From Gemmatimonas sp. (GTDB lineage: Bacteria > Gemmatimonadota > Gemmatimonadetes > Gemmatimonadales > Gemmatimonadaceae), in contig JANNVQ010000023.1 in assembly GCA_031414535.1 (NCBI GenBank), positions 1 through 31,762 on the forward strand: DNA of 31,762 bases, read 5' to 3'. The notes under the pieces are model-generated. The model made no database searches and was not told the DNA's origin. It saw only the letters and a list, made by a program, of their open reading frames with translations. Below are positions 19,097-27,665 of the stretch, one piece after another; the stretch's first letter is position 1, and the number at the start of each line of letters is the position of its first letter. The translations under genes were made by a program, and so were the position numbers.

Positions 19097-19838
19097 CCAA
19101 CGGTACGTGCTTGAAGTACAGGTCCTCAAGCGTTGCCTCAGCGCCCATGGACTCGCGTAACGCGCGCACCGCGCGCCCGGGCTCGTCCTCAGCTACGATG
19201 CACCCGCGGCTGAGTATCGCGAAGCGCGTACAGGCAACACGGATGTCTTCCGTGAGGTGCGTGGAGAGCAAGACCACCGTGCGCTCGCCCAACTGCGCGA
19301 GCACATCATAGATCCGGCGACGCTCGCCCGGATCGAGTCCCGCCGTAGGCTCATCGAGCAGCAGGAGCGCCGGGTTCCCCGCGAGCGCAATGGCCAGTCC
19401 GAGGCGCTGACGCATGCCACCGCTCAAGCTTCCGACAATCGCACGTCGCTTATCGAGCAGGTTCGTACGGCTGAGTAACGAGTCAACCCAAGCGGCGCGC
19501 GCCTCGCGTTCAGTGGCGCCTTTCAGTGCGCAGAAATGTCCGAGCACGTACTCCACGCTTAAGGACGGGTAGAGCCCGAAGTCCTGCGGCAGGTAGCCAA
19601 GGGTACGCCGCAAGCGTTGGGAATCATGCAAGACGTCAAACTCACCGGCATCGTCTGCAAATCGAATGCTCCCGCTATCTGGTTGCTGCAAGGTGGCCAA
19701 GACCCGGAGCAGGGTGCTCTTACCCGCGCCGTTAGGGCCCAGCAATCCAAACACACCCGGCCTGAAGGCGAGGGACACAGCATCGAGCGCTCTCGGGCCC
19801 GCCGCATAGCGAACCGTGAGATCAGCCGCCGTCAGCAC
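19083..19838 (-). CDS. ABC transporter ATP-binding protein
   Basis: GPNGAGKS, LSGGM, LLLLDEPT. Start placed at GTG 19838, 1 nt after the selO stop. Confidence 0.88.
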   Translation of the reverse strand: MLTAADLTVRYAAGPRALDAVSLAFRPGVFGLLGPNGAGKSTLLRVLATLQQPDSGSIRFADDAGEFDVLHDSQRLRRTLGYLPQDFGLYPSLSVEYVLGHFCALKGATEREARAAWVDSLLSRTNLLDKRRAIVGSLSGGMRQRLGLAIALAGNPALLLLDEPTAGLDPGERRRIYDVLAQLGERTVVLLSTHLTEDIRVACTRFAILSRGCIVAEDEPGRAVRALRESMGAEATLEDLYFKHVPLDAER

Positions 19839-19839
19839 G

Positions 19840-21438
19840 CTACGAGCTACAGGAGAGCATCGAGCAGCCAGGCTTGTCCTGCGCCCACTTAGGCCGCTTC
19901 GCGAGGAATCGCTCGCGGCCAGGCTGCGCGTCGTAAGGCCGGCGCATGGTGTCGAGCAACTCGTGTACGAGTGAGGCGTCGCCGGCAGTGGCGGCGTCAA
20001 TCGCTTGTTGCGCGAGGTAGTTGCGCAGCACGAAGCGCGGGTTGGCGCGCTCCATGCGCTGCTGCACTTCTTCACGACTCGCATTGTCACGACTCGCATT
20101 GTCACGACTCGCGTGCTCTGCGCTTCGCGCCGCTTGCCAGCGCCTGAGCCAAGCAGCCAGCGCTGGCGCGTACTCGGTCTTCTTGTCGGCGTTGTAGAAC
20201 ATGTCGCCGAGGAGCGTGACGGCCTCTGCGTCGCTCTCCGGCAGCACAAGCGGCATCTCCGTCAGCGCCCGGAAGAAGAGTGTGTAGTCGCCCTCAACGG
20301 ACTGCAGCAGCGTAAGCCCGGCCTGCGCGACTTCTTCCTGATCCGCGGCAAACTCTGCAAAGCCAAACTTACTGGCCAGCATCGCGCGGTACTCACGGTT
20401 AAAAACGGCGATGTATCGCTCGAGCCCCGCTTGCAACGGCGCGACGTCAGCAAAGAGCGGGCGAATGGCATCGGCGAGCCGCTCAAGATTCCACTGCGCG
20501 ACGGCCGGTTGCTGCGCGTAGCGGTAGCGACGCCCACTCGCGTCCGTTGTGTTGGGCGTCCAGTGCGGATCAAAGTCATCGAGCCAGCCATACGGGCCGT
20601 AGTCAATCGTCAGCCCGAGGATACTCATGTTGTCCGTATTCATCACGCCGTGCACAAAGCCCACGCGCATCCAGTGCACAATCATGGTGGCCGAACGCTC
20701 GCAGACTTCCATGAACCACTGCGCGTAATCGGACGCTGCGAGATGCGGAAAGTCCCGCGCGATGGTGAAGTCCGCCATCTGCCGCAGCAGCGCCGTGTCA
20801 TCGCGCGCGGTGGCAATCTCGAAGTTGCCGAAGCGAATAAAACTCGGCGCCACGCGGCAGACGACGGCGCCCGGTTCGAGCGCGGCGCGCCCGTCGTAGA
20901 ACATATCACGCAGCACCTGCTCGCCCGTCGTCACCACGCTGAGGGCGCGCGTGGTCGGAATACCAAGGTGGTGCATGGCCTCTGAGCAGAGGAACTCGCG
21001 GATGCTGGAGCGTAACACCGCGCGGCCATCCGTCGAACGCGAGTAGGGTGTGGGCCCGGCGCCCTTCAACTGCAGTTCCCATCGCTCGCCCTTGGCGTTT
21101 AGCACCTCGCCCAAGGAGATGGCACGGCCATCGCCGAGTTGTCCGGCCCAATTGCCGAACTGGTGGCCGCCGTAGCAGGCGGCGTAGGGCTGCATGCCGT
21201 TGAGCAGTGCGTTGCCGCCAAACACTTCAGCAAAGCGCTGGCTCTGGTGGTCTTCGGGAGCAAATCCCACCAGCGCGGCCACTTCGGCCGAGTGCGCGAG
21301 CAACTCCGGCTTCGCCACCGCCGTGGGATGCACCGCGCTCCAAGCCGCACGGAGCACCTGACGACGCTCGTTACCCGACTTCAGATCGCCGGGCAAATCG
21401 CGCACGAAGCGATTGTCGAAGCTCAGTCCGCTTCCCAT
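19840..21438 (-). CDS. selO: protein adenylyltransferase SelO (YdiU/UPF0061)
   Basis: '[16 protein letters not shown]', '[24 protein letters not shown]', '[11 protein letters not shown]', 'IDYGPYG', C-terminal 'GCSMLSCSS'. Confidence 0.95.
   Translation of the reverse strand: MGSGLSFDNRFVRDLPGDLKSGNERRQVLRAAWSAVHPTAVAKPELLAHSAEVAALVGFAPEDHQSQRFAEVFGGNALLNGMQPYAACYGGHQFGNWAGQLGDGRAISLGEVLNAKGERWELQLKGAGPTPYSRSTDGRAVLRSSIREFLCSEAMHHLGIPTTRALSVVTTGEQVLRDMFYDGRAALEPGAVVCRVAPSFIRFGNFEIATARDDTALLRQMADFTIARDFPHLAASDYAQWFMEVCERSATMIVHWMRVGFVHGVMNTDNMSILGLTIDYGPYGWLDDFDPHWTPNTTDASGRRYRYAQQPAVAQWNLERLADAIRPLFADVAPLQAGLERYIAVFNREYRAMLASKFGFAEFAADQEEVAQAGLTLLQSVEGDYTLFFRALTEMPLVLPESDAEAVTLLGDMFYNADKKTEYAPALAAWLRRWQAARSAEHASRDNASRDNASREEVQQRMERANPRFVLRNYLAQQAIDAATAGDASLVHELLDTMRRPYDAQPGRERFLAKRPKWAQDKPGCSMLSCSS
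20072..20112. repeat. 15-bp in-frame tandem repeat in selO (2.7 copies)
   Basis: TCACGACTCGCATTG x2 plus TCACGACTCGC; encodes [14 protein letters not shown]. Confidence 0.9.
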
Positions 21439-21863
21439 GCGACCTCATCGCCCACCTGAATGATTCCACCGCTTATGACTTGAGCAAACGCACCACCGCC
21501 CCAATGCGGCTCCAACTTCGCACGCAGTCCATCGCAGGCTTCATCCATGCGCTCGCAGGGCATCGTATGTCCGCCAATCTTGATGAGCGTCTCGCCAATG
21601 CGCAGTAACTTCCCGCGCGTGTCCACGAGGTGAATTCCACTCAGCATCATATTCGCTCGGCGCGCGCTGTACGGAATCTGCGCTTGCAGCTCCTCCTGCA
21701 TGCGATCCCATACTTCCCGTTCAATGAGCGTCACTTGCCGACGCGTGCTGCGGCCCACGCTCCCCTCTAAGCCTGTGCCGGGCACGAGTGTCGCGCGCTC
21801 GAGTGCATCCATCGGTCCACGATGCGCGCGCTTGCTCCAAATGGCCTCAAGACGACCGCTCAC
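21423..21863 (-). CDS. MOSC domain-containing protein
   Basis: 'RQVTLIE', 'RRAN', 'PCERM', 'GGIIQVGD'. Confidence 0.85.
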   Translation of the reverse strand: MSGRLEAIWSKRAHRGPMDALERATLVPGTGLEGSVGRSTRRQVTLIEREVWDRMQEELQAQIPYSARRANMMLSGIHLVDTRGKLLRIGETLIKIGGHTMPCERMDEACDGLRAKLEPHWGGGAFAQVISGGIIQVGDEVAWEAD

Positions 21864-22648
21864 GCGCCCCCCGCGGCCACAAGTCGGTCAATCGCCCGCA
21901 GGCCTTCGTCGCCCACATCCAAGGACCATTTGTTTACATACAGCTTGATATGCTGCTGGCAGACGTCGGCACTCATTTCCTGCGAGTGTACGCTCACGTA
22001 TGCGGCGCTCGCTGCGGGATGATCAAACGCGTACTGCACGGACTCACGGATGCCCGACTCCATCGTGCTGCGCGTGGCGTCGTCAATGTCCGCGCGCGCA
22101 CAGATGCCGGCCAACGGCACGGGCAGCGAGGTCTGCTGCTCCCACCACTCACCCAAGTCCTGAGCCTTGTGGAGGCCGTGATCGCGATACGTGAAGCGGC
22201 TCTCATGGATGATGAGCCCCGCATCTACCTCACCGCTTGAGACGGCCTGTAGGATGCGGTCGTAGCGCATCTCAATTGTTGTGGCGAGAGTTGGCGCCGC
22301 CAAGCGAAGCAAGCGATACGCCGTCGTCTCCTTCCCGGGAATCGCCACGCGTCCACGCACCGCTTCCGCGAGTGTCATTGGAGTGCGCGTGACGACCAGC
22401 GGACCCACGCCGTGCCCCAATGCCGCGCCGCTGCGCATCAAGCGATACCGGTCACCGACGGCGGCAAAGGCACCAACACTCAGTTTGGTAAAGCTGAACT
22501 CACCCACGTGCGCTCGACGATTCAACTCTTCGATGTCCAGTAGCACCGGGCGTACGGCGAACGGCAAACGCACTATGCCATGCGTCAGCGCGTGAAACGC
22601 GAAGGTGTCGTTGGGGCAGGGCGAGTAGCCAAAGCTCAGCTCACGCAC
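21860..22648 (-). CDS. mqnD: 1,4-dihydroxy-6-naphthoate synthase (futalosine pathway)
   Basis: 'GYSPCPNDTF', 'DIEELN', 'GAALGHGVGP', 'GLIIHESRFTY', 'DLGEWWE..LPVPL', 'HIKLYVN'. Confidence 0.95.
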   Translation of the reverse strand: MRELSFGYSPCPNDTFAFHALTHGIVRLPFAVRPVLLDIEELNRRAHVGEFSFTKLSVGAFAAVGDRYRLMRSGAALGHGVGPLVVTRTPMTLAEAVRGRVAIPGKETTAYRLLRLAAPTLATTIEMRYDRILQAVSSGEVDAGLIIHESRFTYRDHGLHKAQDLGEWWEQQTSLPVPLAGICARADIDDATRSTMESGIRESVQYAFDHPAASAAYVSVHSQEMSADVCQQHIKLYVNKWSLDVGDEGLRAIDRLVAAGGA

Positions 22649-23208
22649 GCAACGATCTCCTCAAGCAAGCGCGGCGTCACGCCGGTGATGGCCGCGAAGG
22701 CCAGCTCGAAATGCCAGCGCGTGCGGTCTTCTTCCTCGATCTCGTTGGAGATGGCGCGTACCTCCACCGCAGGAATGCCTGCGATGCCAGCCGCACGGAG
22801 CACGGCAAAGCCTTCCATCGCTTCGACCTCGCAGCCAGCGCTTCCGCCTACGCGTCCCGTGGTGCCAATCGGCAGTTGCACGGCTGTCGGCACGGCGCGT
22901 CTCGCCGCAATCATCAAATCGGCGCTCGGGTGAATCTCCCGCGGTGCCAGATTGCGCGAGACCTCCAAGTCCGTGTAAAGCGAAGCCGAGCCGATGATAA
23001 TCGTACCGGGTGTCAGTCCGCTGCCCCGCCTGGCACCGGCGATGCCCACGTGCAACACGGCCATCGGCTGGAGCATCGCAATCGCCGCCGCCGTGCGTGC
23101 CGCCGACTCCACCGGACCCACGCCACAGATGAGCGTGTGGCAGGGCAGCTTCGTCGCCAACTCACGCGCCGTGGCGGCAATCACGAGGATAGGCAGAGCG
23201 TCCGTCAT
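22636..23208 (-). CDS. mqnB: futalosine hydrolase (PNP/MTAN fold)
   Basis: 'CGVGPVESA', 'GIAG', 'EAMEGFAV', 'EVRAISN', 'W.F..A'; adjacent to mqnD; ATG 23208 overlaps the upstream TGA. Confidence 0.82.
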   Translation of the reverse strand: MTDALPILVIAATARELATKLPCHTLICGVGPVESAARTAAAIAMLQPMAVLHVGIAGARRGSGLTPGTIIIGSASLYTDLEVSRNLAPREIHPSADLMIAARRAVPTAVQLPIGTTGRVGGSAGCEVEAMEGFAVLRAAGIAGIPAVEVRAISNEIEEEDRTRWHFELAFAAITGVTPRLLEEIVACVS

Positions 23209-24074
23209 CAGAGTGAATCTAACGGCAGGCCTGGGCGCCACAGCGCCTTGAGGGCCTGCACTTGGTGGCGCAGTCCATCGGCGCGGGCGAGCGGATCTGG
23301 GTCATAGTGCTGCTCTTGATCGTCGAGCCGCCGCGTGAGGAGATGACCAAGGCCCTCGTAGATGCGGAGGTCGCAACTGGCACGGACCTGTACCACGAGA
23401 AGGCAGAAGCGTTGTGCGCCGGCCAGCGGCGTAAGCGAGTCCTCCGCGCCCTGCACGATGACGGTCGGAGGCATTGTGAGCCGCCCAGCCACCACCGGCG
23501 AGACATCGCGCGCGCTGGCACGATCGAGCAGCAGTCGCGCAAAGTGCGCGTCGCGTTCCACGTCGAGCGCAGGTGACAACAGCAACAGCGCGTCGGCTCC
23601 ACGGTCGGGGATGGCCTCCGGACAACCGACCGTCACGGTGCTCGCCGCCAGGTGTCCGCCCGCCGAGACGCCGTAGATCGCGACGCGGGAGGAGTCCACG
23701 CCCAGTGAGTCTCCGAGGAGCCGCGTCCAGCGCAGGGCCGCGCACACATCGGCCAAGGCTTCGATCGGCGTCCGCAGGCTGTCACTCAATCGATACTGCA
23801 CCGCGAAGGCCACGAAGCCGGCATCGGCGAAGGCCTGCGCCGCCGGGAAGACCCAAGCGGGTTCACCTGCATTCCACCCACCGCCGTGCAAGAGCAACAC
23901 GGCGGGCCGCGGCACTGCGTTGGCAAAGACGCCAAACCGGTAGACACGCAGGGTATCTGCGCCCGCCACGGCGTAGGGCGCCGAGCTCGTCGGCGCGGGC
24001 GCCGGCGGCACGGTCGGTCTGCAGCTCGCAATCGCGATGGCCACGAGCGCGATCCCACTCTTGGCGAAGCTCAT
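23208..24074 (-). CDS. alpha/beta hydrolase (HSL-like esterase), probable lipoprotein
   Basis: HGGGW oxyanion motif, GVSAG nucleophile, 'GAED' Asp, 'GLGH' His, lipobox-like IASC. Confidence 0.85.
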   Translation of the reverse strand: MSFAKSGIALVAIAIASCRPTVPPAPAPTSSAPYAVAGADTLRVYRFGVFANAVPRPAVLLLHGGGWNAGEPAWVFPAAQAFADAGFVAFAVQYRLSDSLRTPIEALADVCAALRWTRLLGDSLGVDSSRVAIYGVSAGGHLAASTVTVGCPEAIPDRGADALLLLSPALDVERDAHFARLLLDRASARDVSPVVAGRLTMPPTVIVQGAEDSLTPLAGAQRFCLLVVQVRASCDLRIYEGLGHLLTRRLDDQEQHYDPDPLARADGLRHQVQALKALWRPGLPLDSL

Positions 24075-24114
24075 GCCTAGCAAGATACATTCTTCCTGTC
24101 CCCAACACCTGCCG

Positions 24115-24765
24115 ATGGCCTACCACCACGATGACCCCGACAAGAAGACGGCGGCCGGATTCATTGATAGCGGTGTGGTGCACGGCATCGTCGCTGGTTT
24201 CTGCGGACTGATCTTCACGCCCCTCTTACAGGCGCGCGGCCACCTGCCCGCGAATCCGCTCGTGACGATTGCCGGAGTCGTCGTCTGCTTCGGGATCGGA
24301 AAGGGCATCTGGCGCATGGGATTGAAGGGCGCCGAGCGATTCGGAAACTCCATCTACGCGCCGTCCGGCGATACAACAGCCTACACGCCGACCTTCTCGC
24401 ATATCGAGGCGCTGGAGCTCAAGGGAGATCTCGACGGCGCTGCCGCGGCGTGGGAAGCAGCCCTTCTCGAGCAACCCGAGAGCGTGATTACCGTCGTGCG
24501 CGCGGCTGATTTCCATTTGCGTGCGCGCAAGGATCCGCACACCGCACTCGAGCACTATCTCCGCGCGCGCGCGCTCAGCGGCGGCACCGCCGACATACGC
24601 CGCTACGTGCAGCAAAAACTCGTGGATCTCTACCTTGGACCGCTTGCCGATACCGGGCGCGCGATGGTCGAGTTGCGTCGCTTGATTGACGCCTTTCCCG
24701 ATACGCGCGAAGCGGAAGGCGCACGAGTCGCCCTCGCGGAACTGAAGCAGTCGCCCAACCAGTAA
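24115..24765 (+). CDS. membrane-anchored TPR-like protein
   Basis: Two N-terminal hydrophobic segments followed by helical repeats ending 'LIDAFPDTREAEGA'. Confidence 0.65.
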   Translation: MAYHHDDPDKKTAAGFIDSGVVHGIVAGFCGLIFTPLLQARGHLPANPLVTIAGVVVCFGIGKGIWRMGLKGAERFGNSIYAPSGDTTAYTPTFSHIEALELKGDLDGAAAAWEAALLEQPESVITVVRAADFHLRARKDPHTALEHYLRARALSGGTADIRRYVQQKLVDLYLGPLADTGRAMVELRRLIDAFPDTREAEGARVALAELKQSPNQ

Positions 24766-24850
24766 GCGCGAATCGCCACGCATTCCGCGCTCGTATATGG
24801 ACCAGTCCACGACTGCGCGTTGCGCTGTCCAGTAGTAATGAATACCTAAC

Positions 24851-24875
24851 GGAACTGACTGCGTCTGATCGCGTT
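24851..24875 (+). promoter_or_regulatory. candidate ECF sigma promoter for the fasciclin gene
   Basis: GGAAC-N16-CGTT, ending 69 nt upstream of ATG 24945. Confidence 0.45.
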
Positions 24876-24944
24876 TGAGAAGCACAACCTGCGCGCTTGC
24901 GACTGCATCGCGCTCCTCTCAAAACAACATCTGGAGTTGTTCCA

Positions 24945-25439
24945 ATGCGTTTGACCATCGCCGCGCTCGCGCTCGCACTCGTCGCTCCGTCTCTCTCCGC
25001 TCAGCAGATGGGCGCCCGTCCCGCCGCGCCGACGAAGAACATCGTCACCGTCGCCGTCGAGAACGGTTCCTTCACCGTCCTCGCCCGCGCACTGACCGCC
25101 GCTGGCCTCGTCGAGACGCTTCAGGGCCCGGGCCCGTTCACGGTCTTCGCCCCGACCGACGCTGCGTTCGCTAAGCTCCCCGCCGGCACGCTGGACGCGC
25201 TGCTGCTCGACATCCCGCGCCTTCGCTCCATCCTCACCTACCACGTTGTCGCCGGCAAGGTTACGGCCGCAGACGTTGTGAAGCTCACGAGCGCGAACAC
25301 GGTGCAGGGTTCGGCCGTCAGCATTCACGTCATGGACGGCAAGGTCATGATCAACAACGCGACCGTCGCTACGGCCGACGTGCAGGCGTCGAATGGCGTC
25401 ATCCACGTGATTGACACCGTCATCATGCCGCGTAACTAA
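24945..25439 (+). CDS. fasciclin (FAS1) domain protein, secreted
   Basis: Signal peptide, '[13 protein letters not shown]', 'ILTYHVV', '[11 protein letters not shown]'; GGAG upstream. Confidence 0.95.
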   Translation: MRLTIAALALALVAPSLSAQQMGARPAAPTKNIVTVAVENGSFTVLARALTAAGLVETLQGPGPFTVFAPTDAAFAKLPAGTLDALLLDIPRLRSILTYHVVAGKVTAADVVKLTSANTVQGSAVSIHVMDGKVMINNATVATADVQASNGVIHVIDTVIMPRN

Positions 25440-25454
25440 TTTGCAACGCTGGTA

Positions 25455-25496
25455 AAATCTCCCGCCACCGAGTCTCGTCTCGGTGGCGGGAGATTT
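25455..25496. terminator. strong hairpin, probably a bidirectional terminator
   Basis: AAATCTCCCGCCACCGAG-TCTCGT-CTCGGTGGCGGGAGATTT, a perfect 18-bp inverted repeat just after the fasciclin stop. Confidence 0.8.
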
Positions 25497-25645
25497 GCCT
25501 TTGACAAGGCGCGACGTGGCGAGCAATAGAATGCCAACGAAGCCAACCATGCCAACGATGCCGGCAATGCTATAGACGCGGCTCGCAAATCCCACGGACG
25601 CAGTCATGGCAGTGCCAAGATGAACGTGAATCCATAACTTGGCAC

Positions 25646-26137
25646 ATGCTTACGCTCCACCTCAAAAAGCGCCTCGAGGGCGGCTCCTCGCTCACGCTTG
25701 AGCGTGCGGACGGATCGCGGACCTTTCAGCGCCAGACTCGGCACGCGGAGTTCTTTGCCGCGCACGATTGTACGCATTACGCCGTAGAGTCCGTGCTTGG
25801 CCTGTCCACCGCCTTCTATGGCCTCATCGCAGGAGGCTGGGACTTCGAGAGTTTCGAGCCGCCCTACGCTCGCGGCCCGATTCCCCCGGACGCGCTCTTC
25901 GTCGAGCGCCTCGTTGGGCTCTTGGATGTGGAGCGACATCAGACTGCTGCTGGGGCAGCTCCCAGCTCGGCAGCCGAGCTCAACGTTTTCATTGCCCAGC
26001 AGTACGAGCCCTCGTTGGCGCCGCGGCAGATCACAGATGCCGAGTTGGACCTCGTTCGTCACCGCTTGAGTGACTCCCTGCGCGAGTGGGCGGCGCTCCC
26101 TGCTGGCGAAACGCTGGTCCTGCGCTTCGAACTCTAG
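25646..26137 (+). CDS. hypothetical protein with an HDxxH motif
   Basis: 163 aa ORF, TAACTT 5 nt before the ATG, 'HDCTHYAVE...FYGLIAGGW'. Confidence 0.7.
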   Translation: MLTLHLKKRLEGGSSLTLERADGSRTFQRQTRHAEFFAAHDCTHYAVESVLGLSTAFYGLIAGGWDFESFEPPYARGPIPPDALFVERLVGLLDVERHQTAAGAAPSSAAELNVFIAQQYEPSLAPRQITDAELDLVRHRLSDSLREWAALPAGETLVLRFEL

Positions 26138-26189
26138 TCCACCGCTGGCGCGGTTACTGGGAGCGGCTGAAGCGAGTACGTTCCCCGTC

Positions 26190-27647
26190 ATGGTGCCGAC
26201 GATTCCACCGCTGTTCTTGTGGCTGAGCGTTGCGCTGCTCGCGGCGTTGCTCCTCCTCGCGGCCTGGCGGAACTGGACCCGACGCCTCGCGCGCCGCGCC
26301 CTCATGCGCTTTCGCGCCCGCGTGGATCGCTTCAAGCTCACCGGCAAGCGCTACATCGTGCAGTCCCTGCTCGCAGACGAACGCATCGCTGAGGCCGTCC
26401 GCTTGCACGCCGAGGAGCACGGCGTCCCCCGCGCCCAAGTCTGGCGACGCGTCGAGACCTACCTCGACGAAATCGTCCCGAGCTTCAACCTCTTCATGTA
26501 CTACCAGTTCGGTTACGCCATCTCCAAGGCGGCACTCGGACTCTTCTATAGAACGACGGTCAAGATCCAAAACGTCGCGGCCTTCGAACGCCTCCCGCGT
26601 GAGAGCATCGTCATCTATTTGATGAATCACCGCTCCAATGCGGATTACGTGCTTGCCTCGTATGGGCTCGCGGGGCAGGTGGCCATCTCCTACGCGGTGG
26701 GAGAATGGGCGCGAGTGTTTCCGCTTGAGTACCTGTTCAAGTCCTTTGGCTCCTACTTCATTCGTCGGCGCTACCGCGAGCCGCTCTACCACTCCGTCCT
26801 CGAGCGCTACGTCCAGCTCATCACGCGCAATGGCGTGACTCAGGGGCTCTTCCCCGAAGGCGGCCTCACCCGCGACGGCAAGCTCCGCCCTCCCAAAATC
26901 GGCATGCTCGATTACATGCTCGGCACGGCGCGTGAGCCGGGCTTCGCCGAGCGTATCTACATCGTGCCCGTTGGCCTCAACTACGATCGCGTGCTCGAGG
27001 ACCGCACGCTGCTGCGCGAACTCCGCATCACGGACGGGAAGGCAACCACCTCGCGGTTTGGCCAACTCCGTGAGGTCCTCAACTTCTCGGTTGGAAGCTT
27101 CGGCCGCATGGGTACCGGGCGTTGGAAGCGCTATGGACGCGCCGCGGTGGTCGTCGGTGATCCCGTACCAGTCGCACCCTGGCTCGCGGAGCTGGCCGCA
27201 AGCGGAGCGCCGCTTTTCGAACGCGAGCGCCCTGAGCGCCTCGCCGCGGTGCAAGAGTTCTGCGACGCGATGATGACGCGCATCGGTTCCGTCATTCCAG
27301 TCACGGCCGTGCCGCTGGTGTGCGCGGCCTTGCAGACCTTCGACGCCGAAATTATTCCCGAAGCCACGCTGCTCACGCGCATCGAAGAGTTACGCGACGT
27401 GCTGATCGCCGAGGGCGCCGAAGTGGTGGAACCGCAGCGCGAGGGCGCTGAAAGCTTCGAGCGCGCGTATCGCATGCTGCGGATGCGTCGCGTGCTCCAT
27501 AAGGAAGGCGCCAACTATTTGATTCTGCCGCGTGGCCGCGAGCTCATCTCCTACTACGCCAATGGCATCGTGCATCTCTGCGGGGAGTACGGACAGCGCG
27601 TGCGGGGCCACAACGCGCTGCCCAGTGATGCCTTCGTCGGCCACTGA
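26190..27647 (+). CDS. glycerol-3-phosphate / lysophospholipid acyltransferase (PlsB/PlsC superfamily)
   Basis: HX4D motif 'NHRSNADY', 'FIRR', 'FPEGG.TRDG', 'IVPV..NYD'; N-terminal hydrophobic segment. Confidence 0.85.
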   Translation: MVPTIPPLFLWLSVALLAALLLLAAWRNWTRRLARRALMRFRARVDRFKLTGKRYIVQSLLADERIAEAVRLHAEEHGVPRAQVWRRVETYLDEIVPSFNLFMYYQFGYAISKAALGLFYRTTVKIQNVAAFERLPRESIVIYLMNHRSNADYVLASYGLAGQVAISYAVGEWARVFPLEYLFKSFGSYFIRRRYREPLYHSVLERYVQLITRNGVTQGLFPEGGLTRDGKLRPPKIGMLDYMLGTAREPGFAERIYIVPVGLNYDRVLEDRTLLRELRITDGKATTSRFGQLREVLNFSVGSFGRMGTGRWKRYGRAAVVVGDPVPVAPWLAELAASGAPLFERERPERLAAVQEFCDAMMTRIGSVIPVTAVPLVCAALQTFDAEIIPEATLLTRIEELRDVLIAEGAEVVEPQREGAESFERAYRMLRMRRVLHKEGANYLILPRGRELISYYANGIVHLCGEYGQRVRGHNALPSDAFVGH

Positions 27648-27665
27648 CGCTACACGAACGCTCGC

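Noticed and set aside
19840..19870. Selenocysteine recoding at the SelO C-terminus
   Set aside because: The gene ends [11 protein letters not shown] with Cys codons; there is no in-frame TGA.
19839..20249. Extended ABC ATPase ORF overlapping selO
   Set aside because: The extension is alternative-frame sequence inside selO; the ATPase domain begins at GTG 19838.
24846..25454. 253-aa antisense ORF over the fasciclin gene
   Set aside because: It is the antisense shadow of a strongly codon-biased gene and crosses a terminator hairpin; only its first ~34 codons are of interest.
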